Shown piece after piece: positions 38,160 through 49,329 of a stretch of DNA of 64,000 bases (within the stretch, counting starts at the first letter, position 1; the number at the start of each line of letters is the position of its first letter). The stretch is from Callorhinchus milii. Lineage: Eukaryota. Position numbers and translations under genes: made by a program. Location: contig NW_024704742.1 in the NCBI RefSeq assembly GCF_018977255.1, forward strand, positions 70,992,001-71,056,000, written 5' to 3'. The notes under the pieces are model-generated. The model searched no databases and had not been told where the DNA came from. It saw only the letters and a list, made by a program, of their open reading frames with translations.

Positions 38160-39360
38160 TACAACACCACCAAAATTACATTAGTGTAGCACCTTTCACG
38201 TTGGGAGGACATCCCAAGGCACTGGAGAGTCAGTGTTTTGGACCCGAGTTGGGGGTCGGGATCAGGGAGGGTGGAGGGCAGGGGGGGAAGCAGGGTGTTC
38301 GAAAGCATGGTCGAAGAGGAGGGTCTTGAGATGGGTCTTGAAGGAGTCAAGGGACGGGGTGAAGCGGAGGGACTGCGGGATGGAGTTCCAGAGGGTGGGA
38401 AAGGGAAGGCAGGGGATTTGAAGCAGGCTGGAGCCCGCTGAGTGGAGGGAGTGTGTAGGATGGTAGGATGTTAGGAGGTCGCAGAAGTAGGGAGGAGCAA
38501 GACCATGGAGGGCTTTGAAGGTGAGGACCAGGATCTTTCAGCGGCATGAGGTGTGAACAGTGGCAGAGCCGGGAAATGTTGCGGAGGTGAGGGAAGGCAG
38601 AGCGGGTCATGGCATGGATGTGGGGTAGAAAGGATAGTTGAGGGTCAAACAAGACCCCAAGGTTCCGGATTGGCTTAGTGAGGTAGAGTGTGCAACCATG
38701 GATGGTGATGCTGTCAGCACCTGAGGTGAGGAGGCGCTAATGGGAGCCAGTCAGGAGGCCCTCGGTCTGTTGACATTCAACAGAAGAAAGTTCATTCTCA
38801 TCCAGGACTTGATGTCTGACAGACATTCTGTCAGGACAGCAGTGGTCCTGGAGTCAAGGGTGGAGGCAGAGAGATAGAGTTGGATGTCATCCGCATATAT
38901 GTGGAAGTTGACCCCATGTCTGCGGATGATGTCACCAAGAGGGAGCAGATAGATATTGAGGAGGGTACCAAGGACAGATCCCTGAGGAATGCTGTACGAG
39001 ACGGTGCGGGGGCTAGAGGAGAAACTGTTTGTGGAGATGAAGTGGAGGCAGTGTGAGTGGTATGATTTGAACCAGTCAAGGACAGAGCCGTGATGGTTGC
39101 GGTGAGAGAGGTGGTGGGTGAGGATTGAGTGGTTGATGGTATCGAGGGCAGCAGAGAGGTCAAGGAGGACGAGGAGGCAGAGGGAGCCCTGATCACAGAT
39201 GGACAGAATGTCATTTGTCACTTTGTCCGAGGCTGTTCCTGTGCTGTGGGCGGCATGGAAACCCGATTGGAGGGGTTCGTGAAGGGAGTGGCAGGAGAGG
39301 AAGGAGTGAAGCTGGGAAGCAACAACTCATTCCAGGACCTTGGAGAGGAAAGGGAGATAC
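38160..39360 (-). mobile_element. L2 fragment with internal deletions
   Basis: LLDLSAALDT, PQGSVLG and YADDIQLY motifs plus the 3' tail. Confidence 0.82.
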
Positions 39361-39595
39361 AGTGCCTATAACCTCAAAACCTCTCAAAGTGCTTCACAGA
39401 GAATTGGCATCAAGTGTAATTTTTCTGACAGAAACATAGAAATCTGCAGTGCAGAAAGAGGCCATCTGATTCAAGTCTGCATCAGCTTTCAGAGCAAGGT
39501 GTTCATTCAATCCCACCGCCCTGCCTTATCCCCGTACACCTTCAAGCTTCTATCTTTCACATACCAGTTTACTGTGCTTCCCTCTTAAAGCTCAC

Positions 39596-39862
39596 AATAA
39601 TAATAATAATAATAATCCTTGCATTTGATATAGCGCTTTTCACGTCAGGAGGACGTCCCAAAGCGCTTCACAGAACACACTGTAAAGTGAATTGACTGTA
39701 TATTTGTGGGCGAACGCGGCAGCCAATTGCGCACAGCAATGTCCCACAAACAGTCGTAGATTGAAAATGACCAATTTAATTATTGTTTTTGGTTTTTTGG
39801 AGGGATTATTATTAGGCGTGTAGAGTAAGGAAACTTGCCCAAGGTTTCGCCCTGCCTGGAAT
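39596..39862 (-). mobile_element. Young short-subfamily SINE, 5'-truncated
   Basis: Same tail and body; the head ends within the B-box region. Confidence 0.85.
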
Positions 39863-40102
39863 GGACTCTGCCTCTACCACCTTATTTGATAGGGCATTCC
39901 TCGTCCCGACAAAGCTCTGTGTGAAACAAAAATCCCCTTTCGCTCTTCTTGTGAGTAATTGTGCCCTCTAGTCACTGACTCTCCAACCACTGGAAATAGC
40001 TTCTCCCAATTTAAGCTATTAGGAGGGGTAAAACCCCTCATTATTTTGTACGGTATCATTTTGACAGCCACATCGAATCTTTGAGGTCCACCTGAACAGA
40101 TA

Positions 40103-42949
40103 CAACAACAACAAGATTCCATTTATAGAGCGCCTTCACGTCGGGAGGATGTCCCAAGGCGCTGTACAGTTGGGTCGGGACCCAAGCAGGGGGGAAATGG
40201 TCAGGGTGAGGGGAGGGAAGGGAGGGAGCGAGGAGGGGGTAGAGAGTCGAGAGGGGAGCTGAAGGCTCGGTCAAAGAGAAAGGTCTTGAGACCGGCCTTG
40301 AAGGAGGAAAGGGAGGAAGCGGCGAAGGCACTGGGGGATGGAGTTCCAGAGCCTCAGGGCTGAGAGGCTGAAGGCCCGGCCACCGATGGTAGGGTGGTTG
40401 GGAGGGGAATGTGGAGCAGACTGGAGCCAGAGGAACGGAAGGTACGGGCAGGTAGGTAGGGGGATAGTAGGTCAGAGAGGTAGGAGGGAGCAAGGCTGTG
40501 AATGGCCTTGTAGGTGAGGATGAGGATCTTGAATTCGATCCTCTGGGGGATGGGGAGCCAGTGGAGGCGAGCGAGGGTGGGAGTGATGTGGTCGCGAAGC
40601 CTGGTGCGGGACAGTACACGAGCTGCAGAGTTCTGAATGACCTGCAGCTTGTGGAGGGAGGTGGCGGGAAGGCCGGCGAGGAGAGAGTTCCCATAGTCCA
40701 GCCTTGAGGTGATAAAAGTGTGGACCAGAGTTTCAGCACCGTGAGGGGTGAGGTAGTGCCGTAGTCTGGCGATATTCCGGAGGTGATGGAAGGCGGTGCC
40801 AGTTGTGGCGCGGATATGAGGGAGAAAGGACAGCTCAGGGTCGAACAGAACACCGAGGTTCCTGATGGCTTTGAGAGGTGGAGAGTGCAGCCTTGGATGC
40901 TGATGCTGTCAGCGCCTGAGGTGCGGAGGCGCTGACGTGAGCCAATCAGGAGGGCCTCAGTTTTATGCACGTTGAGCTGAAGAAAGTTGTCTCTCGTCCA
41001 GGACTCGATGTCGGACAGGCAGCTGTCAGGACATCGGTGGTCGTGGAGTTGAGGGTAGAGGAGGAAAGGTAGAGTTGGGTGTCATCCGCATACATGTGGA
41101 AGTTAACCCCATGTCTGCGGATGATGTCACCAAGGGGGAGCATATAGAGGGTGAAGAGGAGGGGACCGAGGACAGAGGCCTGAGGGACACCGCACGAGAC
41201 AGTGCGGGGTGGAGGAAAAGCCATTCGTGGTAACAAAGTGAAGACGGTGGGAGAGGTACGACCTAAACCACTCAAGGACAGGGCCTTGAAGGTTGAGGTG
41301 GGAGGACAAGCGGTGGAGGAGGATAGCATGGTCGACCGTATCGAATGCTGCCGATAGGTCGAGGAGGACGAGGAGGCAGAGGGAGCCCTGGTCACAGATG
41401 GTCAGGATGTCATTGGTGACCTTGACCAGGGCAGTTTCTGTGCTATGGGCAGCACGGAAACCCGACTGAAGGGGTTCGAATAATGAATGGGTGGAGAGGA
41501 AAGAGCGCAGCTGGGAGGCGACAACTCGTTCCAGGACCTTGGACAGGAAGGGGAGGTTGGAGATGGGCCGGTAGCTTGATAGCTGCGACGCATCAAGGGA
41601 GGGTTTTTTCAAGGTGGGAGTGATGGTGGCAGTTTTTAAGGGAATGGGAACAGAGCCAGAGGAGAGGGACAGGTTGACGATGTCTGTGATATGTGGGGCA
41701 AGGAGGTGGAGCTGGGAGATAAGGAGTGGAGTGGGGATGGGGTCAAGGGAGCAGGTGGTGGGTTTCAGGGATAGGATGAGTTTGGTGACAGAGGGTGGGG
41801 AAACGGGTACGAAGTGTGTAGGGGAGGATGGGTAGGAGTCGGAGTGTGGGAGGGAGGGGGTGGGGGGTGGTGGATGTTGGAGGGGAAGTGACCGCGGAGC
41901 GAATTCCCTTGATTTTGGATTCAAGGAAATCCAGCATCTCCTCGCAGTGAAGGTTGGAGGAGATGACCTGCGCGGGGTGGTGGGGGGGACGGAGGAGTCG
42001 GGATGTGGTAGAAAACAGTAGCCTGGGGTTGTTCTTCGCCTCCAGGATTATCCTGGAGTAGAAGGACGACTTGGCCGAGGCTAGAGTGGAGCGGTAGATT
42101 TTGAGGAGGTCCAGCCAGATTTGTCGGTGGACCGTTAGGCCAGATTTGACGCAGGTGCGTTCAGCGGCCCACACCTGGCTTTTCAGTGAGCGGAGGTGGG
42201 TGGTGAACCAAGGGGAGGAGCGAGAGTAGGAGACAGTACGGGAGGTGATGGGGGCAAGAGTATCGAGTGTGGAGGAGAGGGTGTTGTGGAGGAGGGTGAG
42301 AGGAGAGGAGGGGTCAGTGAGGGTTGAAGGCCAGAGGGAGAGGAGTTCAGAGGACTCCAAGGCAGCGGTTAGGGATTGTGGGGGTAACTTCTTCCAGGGG
42401 CAGTAGAAGATGGTGGTGGGTCTGGTGGAGGTGGGGAGGGGGGTGGAGGTGGTGAAGGCGATGAAGTGGTGGTCGGAGACGGCCTTGTCGGTGATAGTGA
42501 CATCCAAGACACTGAGGCCTTGTTTCAGAGGGAGCGGACGTTTTGTAGTCCGATGTGGAGGGAGTGGTTGACAGAAGGGTGTGTGGGAGGGGGGTCCAGG
42601 TTGTGAAGTAGGGGTGGGGGAATGGGGATAAGGGAGGAGAGGTTGGGTCCCCGGGTCTGTGTCCGGGTTGGCTGGCGAGTGTGGTGGGGAATGGGGCAGT
42701 CGGTGTGACTGCTGCTGGACAGCCAACGCCGATGCCACAGTGAGCGCGGCGGAGGATTCCCAGGCTGGACAGAGGGAGGTTGTGGGAGGGTCAAGTGGGG
42801 ATAGAAGGCGAGAGGGACGGAGAGAGAGGAGGACAGAGCGGGAGAGATGCAGAGGGGGGAGGGTTTGGGGGTAGAGAGGAGGGAGGGGGTGAGGGTCAAA
42901 GCGGCAGCCATAGTGCGCACGCGGGGACCGGGAGCGAGCGGTCAGGTAG
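40103..42949 (-). mobile_element. Young L2-clade LINE, frameshifted, with internal deletion of the endonuclease core
   Basis: RT motifs [30 protein letters not shown], GVPQxSVLGP and YADDTQLY across ORF-track frames. 3' stem-loop and (TTG)n tail. Flanked by an acagata duplication (40096-40102 and 42950-42956) inside an older Deu-type SINE. Confidence 0.9.
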
Positions 42950-43430
42950 ACAGATAGACAGGAGCTGAGTTTTAACGGCTGATCTGAAGGACAGCACCTT
43001 TGTCACTGCAATGCTGCTCCAGTCAGCACTGCACTGGTGAATGTCAGTCTGGATAGTGGGGCTCCAATCCATAATCTTCTGACTCACAGGCAAGAAAGCA
43101 ACCGACAGAGTGGAGCACAGGAAATATGAATGAACTTGTAACCAGAACAATCTGTATCAAAAGCACGCAATAAAAAAAGTGCAGTTAGATTCTGTTCAGC
43201 AACAAAAACAACTTAAGTAGCGCCTTCACACAAGGCAGCGTCTCAGAGCATACCATGGTACACAGGGTAGTGTTTCAGAGTGGTTATTATATACAGTTAG
43301 ATTTGCTACAATACCTAGATTAGAAAGTTGAAATGTCTCAAAGTGGTGTCAAGGAATTGCTTTCAAGAGTAGTGACTGTGTATTGTGGGCAGCCAATTTG
43401 CACAGAGCAGGGTCCCACAAACAGCCATGA

Positions 43431-43753
43431 GGAGTCCTGTAGCTCAGTGGTTAGAGCACTCGCTTTGCAAGTGAGAGACCTGAGTTCAATTCCAGGCAGG
43501 GCGAAACCTTGGGCAAGTTTCCTTACTCCACACGCCTAATAATAATCCCTCCAAAACCAAAAACAATAATTAATTGGTCATTTTCAATCTACGACTGTTT
43601 GTGGGACATTGCTGTGCGCAATTGGCTGCCGCGTTCGCCCACAAATATACAGTCAATTCACTTTGCAGTATGTTCTGTGAAGCGCTTTGGGACGTCCTCC
43701 CGACGTGAAAAGCGCTATATCAAATGCAAGGATTATTATTATTATTATTATTA
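43431..43753 (+). mobile_element. Young tRNA-Ala(TGC)-headed SINE, short subfamily, full length
   Basis: A box TAGCTCAGTGG, B box GTTCAATTCC and anticodon arm CTCGC-TTTGCAA-GTGAG. CORE-like ccttgggcaagtttcctt, L2-type stem-loop and (TTA)n tail. Confidence 0.9.
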
Positions 43754-43798
43754 TGAAGTGGGTGACTATACTATCTGGAGGATTGTCGGACAGGATAA

Positions 43799-44103
43799 AA
43801 TAATAATAATAATAATCCTTGCATTTGATATAGCGCTTTTCACATCTTCTCGACATCTCAAAGCGCTTCACAGAATAGACTGTAAAGTGAATTGACTGTA
43901 TAGTTGTGGGCGAAACACAGCAGCCAATTGCGCACAGCAGTGAGTGTCCCACAAACAGTCGTGGATTGAAAATGACCAATTTATTGTTGCTTTTTTTGAA
44001 GGGATTATTATTAGTCGTGTGGAGTAAGGAAACTTGCCCAAGGTTTCACCCTGCCTGGAATTGAACCAAGGCGAGTGCTCTAATCACTGAGCTACAGGAC
44101 TCC
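43799..44103 (-). mobile_element. Short-subfamily SINE, inverted relative to its neighbour
   Basis: Reverse complement of the same family, with a small head deletion. Confidence 0.85.
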
Positions 44104-46297
44104 ACGGGAGAATACCAGGGAGAAACTACCTTCTTTTTTCCGATAGTGTTGCGGGACCTTTAACATTGACCTGAACAGTAACAAACAGGACCCCAGTTTC
44201 AGCATCTTAACAATAACAATTTACACTTGTACAGTGCCTTTCACATTGGGAGGTCGTTCAAAGTGTTTCGCATGGATCATCTGAATGTTAGATTCACCTA
44301 CAATGCTGAACTCCCTCCAGTGTCAGTCTGGACATTGATAATAATAATTCTTGCATTTGTTTTAGCATCTTATCATATTGTTGAGACATCTCAAAGGGCT
44401 TCACAGTATATATTGTAAAGTGGAGTGACTATGTATTCTGTGGGCAAAGCACGGCAGCCAATTGCGCACAGCAGTGTCCCACAGTCGTGGATTGAGTGAC
44501 CACATTTTTTTAAAGGAATTATTACCCCCAGAAAGGGATCTGCCAATTGACTATCAACCATATTCCAACTTACTGCTAGGTAAACAGAGGAGTGTGGATT
44601 AAGGAAACTTGCCTAAGGTTTCTCCCTGCCCGGGGAATTAAACTTGGGTCCTCTTCACGCTACAGTACTCCAACGTCATAGGGATCAAACCCATAATCTT
44701 CTGACCCAGAGTAGTATTATACAATAAACACAGAATGTTTCAAAGTCAGAACAAGGATTCACCACCTAATGAAAAATAATTGTGTAAAGAAAATCCAACA
44801 TCGAACAGTTGCACCTACCCCACCAACATGTTCAGTGATTCCTTATTCTCTTGTAATGACTGATCTGGATTTTCCCACTAGGTGGTGGTATAACCATATG
44901 TGATGGAATTGAACAGAACTGTCAAAGATCTTCTCAATTTTTGTACCCGTCAATGCCTCCAGATAAGAGTAAGAGCTCATTTGAAACTCAGAGACTTGTC
45001 AACCCATCAGGCTAACAGGCAACTCACTATCTTATACTTGTCCCCACTGGTTACAACAGGCTCCCCAGGGATAGTTGGCTGCAGAGTTCTAGATTACCCG
45101 GAACTTCCGTATAGACGGTGGAACTATAGAGACTGACCGGAGTGCATTTTGAAAGTCTAGTCGGGGAGGGCGGGGGTGTAACAAAGGGGTATTTGAGAGT
45201 TTTGGTGGCATTCGGTGTGAGATAGGGGAGCAGATGATGTGGCAAAACATCAACTTGCATTTACGTAGCATCCTTTACGCGGGGTAATGTCTCAGAGCAC
45301 TTGTTTTGATACCGAGATAGAAAGGGAGGAGGTGACTGAAGGCACGGTCAAAGTCTTCAGGTGTGATTTGAAAAAGGGGCCAAAGGGGGGCAAGACGGAG
45401 GGACTAAGGCAAGGTGTTCCAGAGATGAAGGAAGGAAAGAAAGACAAGCAGGCAAACTGGTGCTGTCTACACAAGTTCATTTTTCGTTCATTAAATGTTG
45501 CATTGTGGGGGCTAGTATACCATGTTATCCACACCCCACCCTCCCCATCCCAAATTGCTGGTGAATTTGCTCCAGTCTCTTCACTAGAATTTCTTTACAC
45601 ACAGGAGGAATGTACAGCTGGAACAAAATTATAGGAAGCACAGAAGGCAGGGAGTGATTTAAAAAAGATTGATCTGTAATAGGAAGATGATAGGGTTCGC
45701 GCAGCCACCGATGGTGGAGCGGATGGGACAAGGGATGAGCAGGAGGCCAGTGCCAGCTGAGCAGAGGCAGCGGATAGTGGAGTGGGGAGAAATGCAACAG
45801 TTTGTTAGTCCATACTAAGGTCTCCACTAACAGGCATGAAGTGAATGACCGATTTATCTGTTGGATTGTTAGCCAGGACACTGGGAGAGGCCCCCTGCAT
45901 TCTTTTCCAATAGTGTTGTAGGATCTTTGACGTCCACCTGAACAGGCAGATATGACATTACAGGCAGATATACATAATTAACATGCATCTTCAAAAAGAT
46001 TGAAGTTGGTTAGCACCTCATTCAAGTGTTGTTTAGTAATCCAACTCCATGGCTAAATTGGGGCTTTCTTCACTGGAGCAGAGATGGCGATAACAGGGTA
46101 AATAGGGGAATAACTGTTCCCTTTAGTTGGGAAAGTAGTGACAACAGGACATAGTCCCTGGATTGCTTCACTAAGAGGGTTGTGAACCATAAGAGGCTCT
46201 TGGGGTTTGGTTTCAAAGAGGACCTGGATGAGAACCTGAACAGTGAAATGATTAAGGGATGTGGAATAGAAAAAAGTGGTGAAAATTTCTGTTGTTT

Positions 46298-46638
46298 ATA
46301 ATAATCCTTGCATTTGATATAATAATAATAATCCTTGCATTTGATATAGCGCTTTTCACGTCGGGAGGACATCCCAAAGCGCTTCACAGAACACACTGTA
46401 AAGTGAATTGACTGTATATTTGTGGGCGAACGCGGCAGCCAATTGCGCACAGCAATGTCCCACAAACAGTCGTAGATTGAAAATGACCAATTTATTATTG
46501 TTTTTGGTTTTGGAGGGATTATTATTAGGCTCTGTGTGGAGTAAGGAAACTTGCCCAAGGTTTTGCCCTCTGCCTGGCATTGAACTCAGGTCTCTCACTT
46601 GCAAAGCGAGTGCTCTAACCACTGAGCTACAGGACTCC
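46298..46638 (-). mobile_element. Young short-subfamily SINE with a duplicated tail segment
   Basis: ataataatccttgcatttgatat occurs twice in tandem at the 3' end. Confidence 0.87.
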
Positions 46639-47799
46639 ACAGTATATGCTTTTGAAGGTCAAGTAATAATTTTCAGAATGATAGATACCCTGTATGAGAC
46701 GGGTATATATAGCACCTTATCATGTCTGCGCGACGTCTCAAAGTGCTTCACAGAATACACTGTAAAGTGAATTGAATTGAAGTGAACTTTGTGGGCAAAA
46801 GGCTGCAGCCAATTGCGCACAGCAGCGTCCCACAAACAGTCATGGATTGAGTGACCAAATTATTATTATTTTTTCGGCCATACACAGCACTGGCCATATT
46901 GTCTGGGTTGGGGGGGGGGGGAAGACAGAGACGGTGCAGTAGATTTATCTATCTTTCCTTGACAACAGACAAACACACTAACAGAGTTATCAGCACTGGC
47001 CAAGGCCCTTTGAACATCAGCCGGGATTTAGAGTGCTATTGTTGTGTGTTTGGTTGTTAAAGGCTCTTGAGACACTGCCCTGCATGAAGGGTGCTATATA
47101 AATGTAAGCTGTCATTATTATTAGTTACACAGAATCACTTTCAAACTTCTTCACTGCTTTGCTCCTTCCTACCTCTGTGACCTGCTAACACCATACTGAC
47201 CTGTCCACTCAGCAGACTCTGGCCTGTTCCATGTCACCTGCCCAGCCCACCCCACTATCGGCGGTCTGACCTTCAGGCTCTCTGTCCATATCCTTTGGAA
47301 CTCCATGCCAGTCCCTCCGCCTCGCCCCCTCCCTTGCTTCCTTCAATGCCATCTCAAGACCCTCCTCTTCGACCATATGTTCGGTCACCCTATTCCCACC
47401 TTACCTGCCCTCTACCTCTCCTGATCCCAACTCCCAGCTTGGTGCAAATCCTTGACTGTCCAGCACCTTGGATGTCCTTCCGATGTGAAAGGCACTATAC
47501 AAATGTAATTTGTTGTTGTTATTGCACATACATATGGGTGACAATTATGTGTCAGCTTGGCTGTTAGCACTCTCGTGTGTGAGAAGGTTGTGGGTTTAAA
47601 GTCTCTGTATCAGGACTTGAGCTCACAGTCCAGGGCCACACTCGTGGGTGTTCTGAGAGAGAGTGCTGCATTGTTGGGCGAGTCCTTCAGACCAGGCATC
47701 AAATCAAAATGCTAACCTTGTTTGTGCAAAACAAAACTCAACAGTAATTATGTATAAAGAGTTTTGACAACATTGATGTAGAAAAAAGTTTTCATTGTT

Positions 47800-47805
47800 T
47801 TTATT
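47800..47805 (-). terminator. Candidate poly(A) signal of the antisense transcript
   Basis: Minus-strand AATAAA followed downstream by a GT/T-rich tract (gttgagttttgttttg), in repeat-free sequence. Confidence 0.45.
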
Positions 47806-48081
47806 ATACAGTAGAAACCATTATATTCACAATTTGATTATCAGAGCTCCAACACAGAAGTGAACGGGACATGTGATCCTGGCACGTGCACAGGGTTACA
47901 GGGTTTTGATATATCCTTTAACATGACTGTAAACAGACTGTTTATATTCACTGATCTGTTAGGGATAGGTTAGAGACTTGTAGAGCCATAGAGAAGGACT
48001 AGCACATTGTGGGTGCACTTCACTGTCCTTGTCAAGAATCAAACCTGACATGGGTGGGGAGGTGAAATCATACTGAAATCT

Positions 48082-49009
48082 TTAGGATGTCCTTTCAAAG
48101 ATCTTTGCAACCAGTGGATTCATCTCAAGTAAAGACTTTTCGCCTTTCAGAACACTTAATTCGTTCAGGGAGGATGTTCTGTAAACCTTGAAATGAAAAG
48201 TTGAGAGTGGGTTTATAGAGCACGCAAAATTGCAGACACATGAGCGTGGAATAAAATAAAAAGTTATATCGAGTGCAAGACAGATTAAAAATGTCCCCTG
48301 TATTATTTTCCTCCATCTCAAACAAACTTTGAGATGTCTCATGCAAGTATTTTTATTATTATTCATAAACTGTTTATAGACTTTTTCGGAGCGGCTTTGG
48401 ATGCCAGATACTTTGCCATCCATCTCAGTTGCTACACTCGCAGTCTCTTTTGCTTTCCCCGTGACCTCTTTTGCCATTTCTTTTCCAAGTCCTTGAAGGC
48501 AAACAGCCTTTGAATGGGAAAAAGTTTTGCGGGGGTTTACATTTTTTTTTCGAATTAGACTCCTGCCCAAAGCAATTTGAAAAATGATATCATTTTTAAT
48601 ATACAATGTGTTAGTCGATTGGTGATAATAATTATTTTGTTAAACAATCCAATAACTGTCGCCCACAACTCCACCCAAACCCACCCAATCTGACCACTTG
48701 GCTCAGTGCCCAGACTGGGGCACCTTCCCCCAGCCCTCCCGGCCACGGCGGCGACGTGATGACGCAGCGCGCACGAATTGACGCCGACAAGATGGCGAAC
48801 GCTATGCGGCTCCGCAATCAGCTGCAGTCGGTGTACAAACTGGACCCGCTGCGCAACGAGGTGAGCACGAGTCACCGGGAAGGAGGGACGCGGGCAATGG
48901 GGAGGGGGGTGAAGAGGATGTGGTGGCGAGGGGGCTGGAGCCGCGGCCGGTTGGGGAAACTCGCGGTGTCGATGTGACTGACTTACGCCGCTGGTTGGCG
49001 ACCGGCCAT
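48082..49009 (-). CDS. Putative small spliced antisense ORF (exons 49009-48987, 48562-48412, 48186-48082; 92 aa, no recognised family)
   Basis: aagATGg start, GC|gtaagt donor, gggcag| and ttttcatttcaag| acceptors, all phases compatible, TAA stop and downstream AATAAA. The second donor (AAA|gtatct) is weak and I recognise no homology. Confidence 0.4.
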
Positions 49010-49200
49010 CTTCTCTCTTACCTGTACGGCACTGGGAGTGCGCACTTGCACGCTTCGCGGATACGCATGCGCGGACTTGAGTGGCTGTATGGCACTGAGC
49101 ATGCGTAGAAGTGTGCCCACGACAATCGGCATAAGCCGTGGTTGGGGCGCCTGATTGGTACTGGGCATGCGCAGAGAGGACTGCACGGCATTTAACTTGT
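48610..49200. promoter_or_regulatory. CpG-island promoter region of pcgf1, apparently bidirectional or overlapping
   Basis: Strong local CpG enrichment. CCAAT boxes near 48617, 48649 and 48684, and on the minus strand at 49154-49158. CRE-like gacgtgatgacgca near 48753. YY1-like aagatggc on both strands (48789 +, about 49012 -). NRF1-like gcatgcg motifs at 49064-49072, 49099-49106 and 49165-49173. Confidence 0.75.
48792..48860 (+). CDS. pcgf1: Polycomb group RING finger 1, coding exon 1 (MANAMRLRNQLQSVYKLDPLRNE)
   Basis: aagATGg start context and GAG|gtgagc donor. AMRLRNQLQSVYKxDPLRNE is the PCGF1-specific N-terminus. Lies in a CpG-rich island. Confidence 0.93.
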
Positions 49201-49329
49201 GAGGCGGCAGACAAACCTGTCCATCTGTCTGTCAGGAGGTGTCAGTGATAATAATACTTAGCATTTAGTATAGCATCTTATCAGGTTTTTGAGATGGCAT
49301 AAAGCGTTTCACATGATGTACAAATGAGC

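Noticed and set aside
43431..43504. tRNA-Ala(TGC)-like cloverleaf, also at other SINE heads such as about 60120
   Set aside because: Runs straight into a SINE body and tail, has an imperfect T arm and acceptor stem, and is multi-copy. It is a SINE head, not a tRNA gene.
48555..49214. 219-aa minus-strand ORF across the CpG island
   Set aside because: Non-ATG start and GC-rich stop depletion. The spliced model explains the splice and start signals better.
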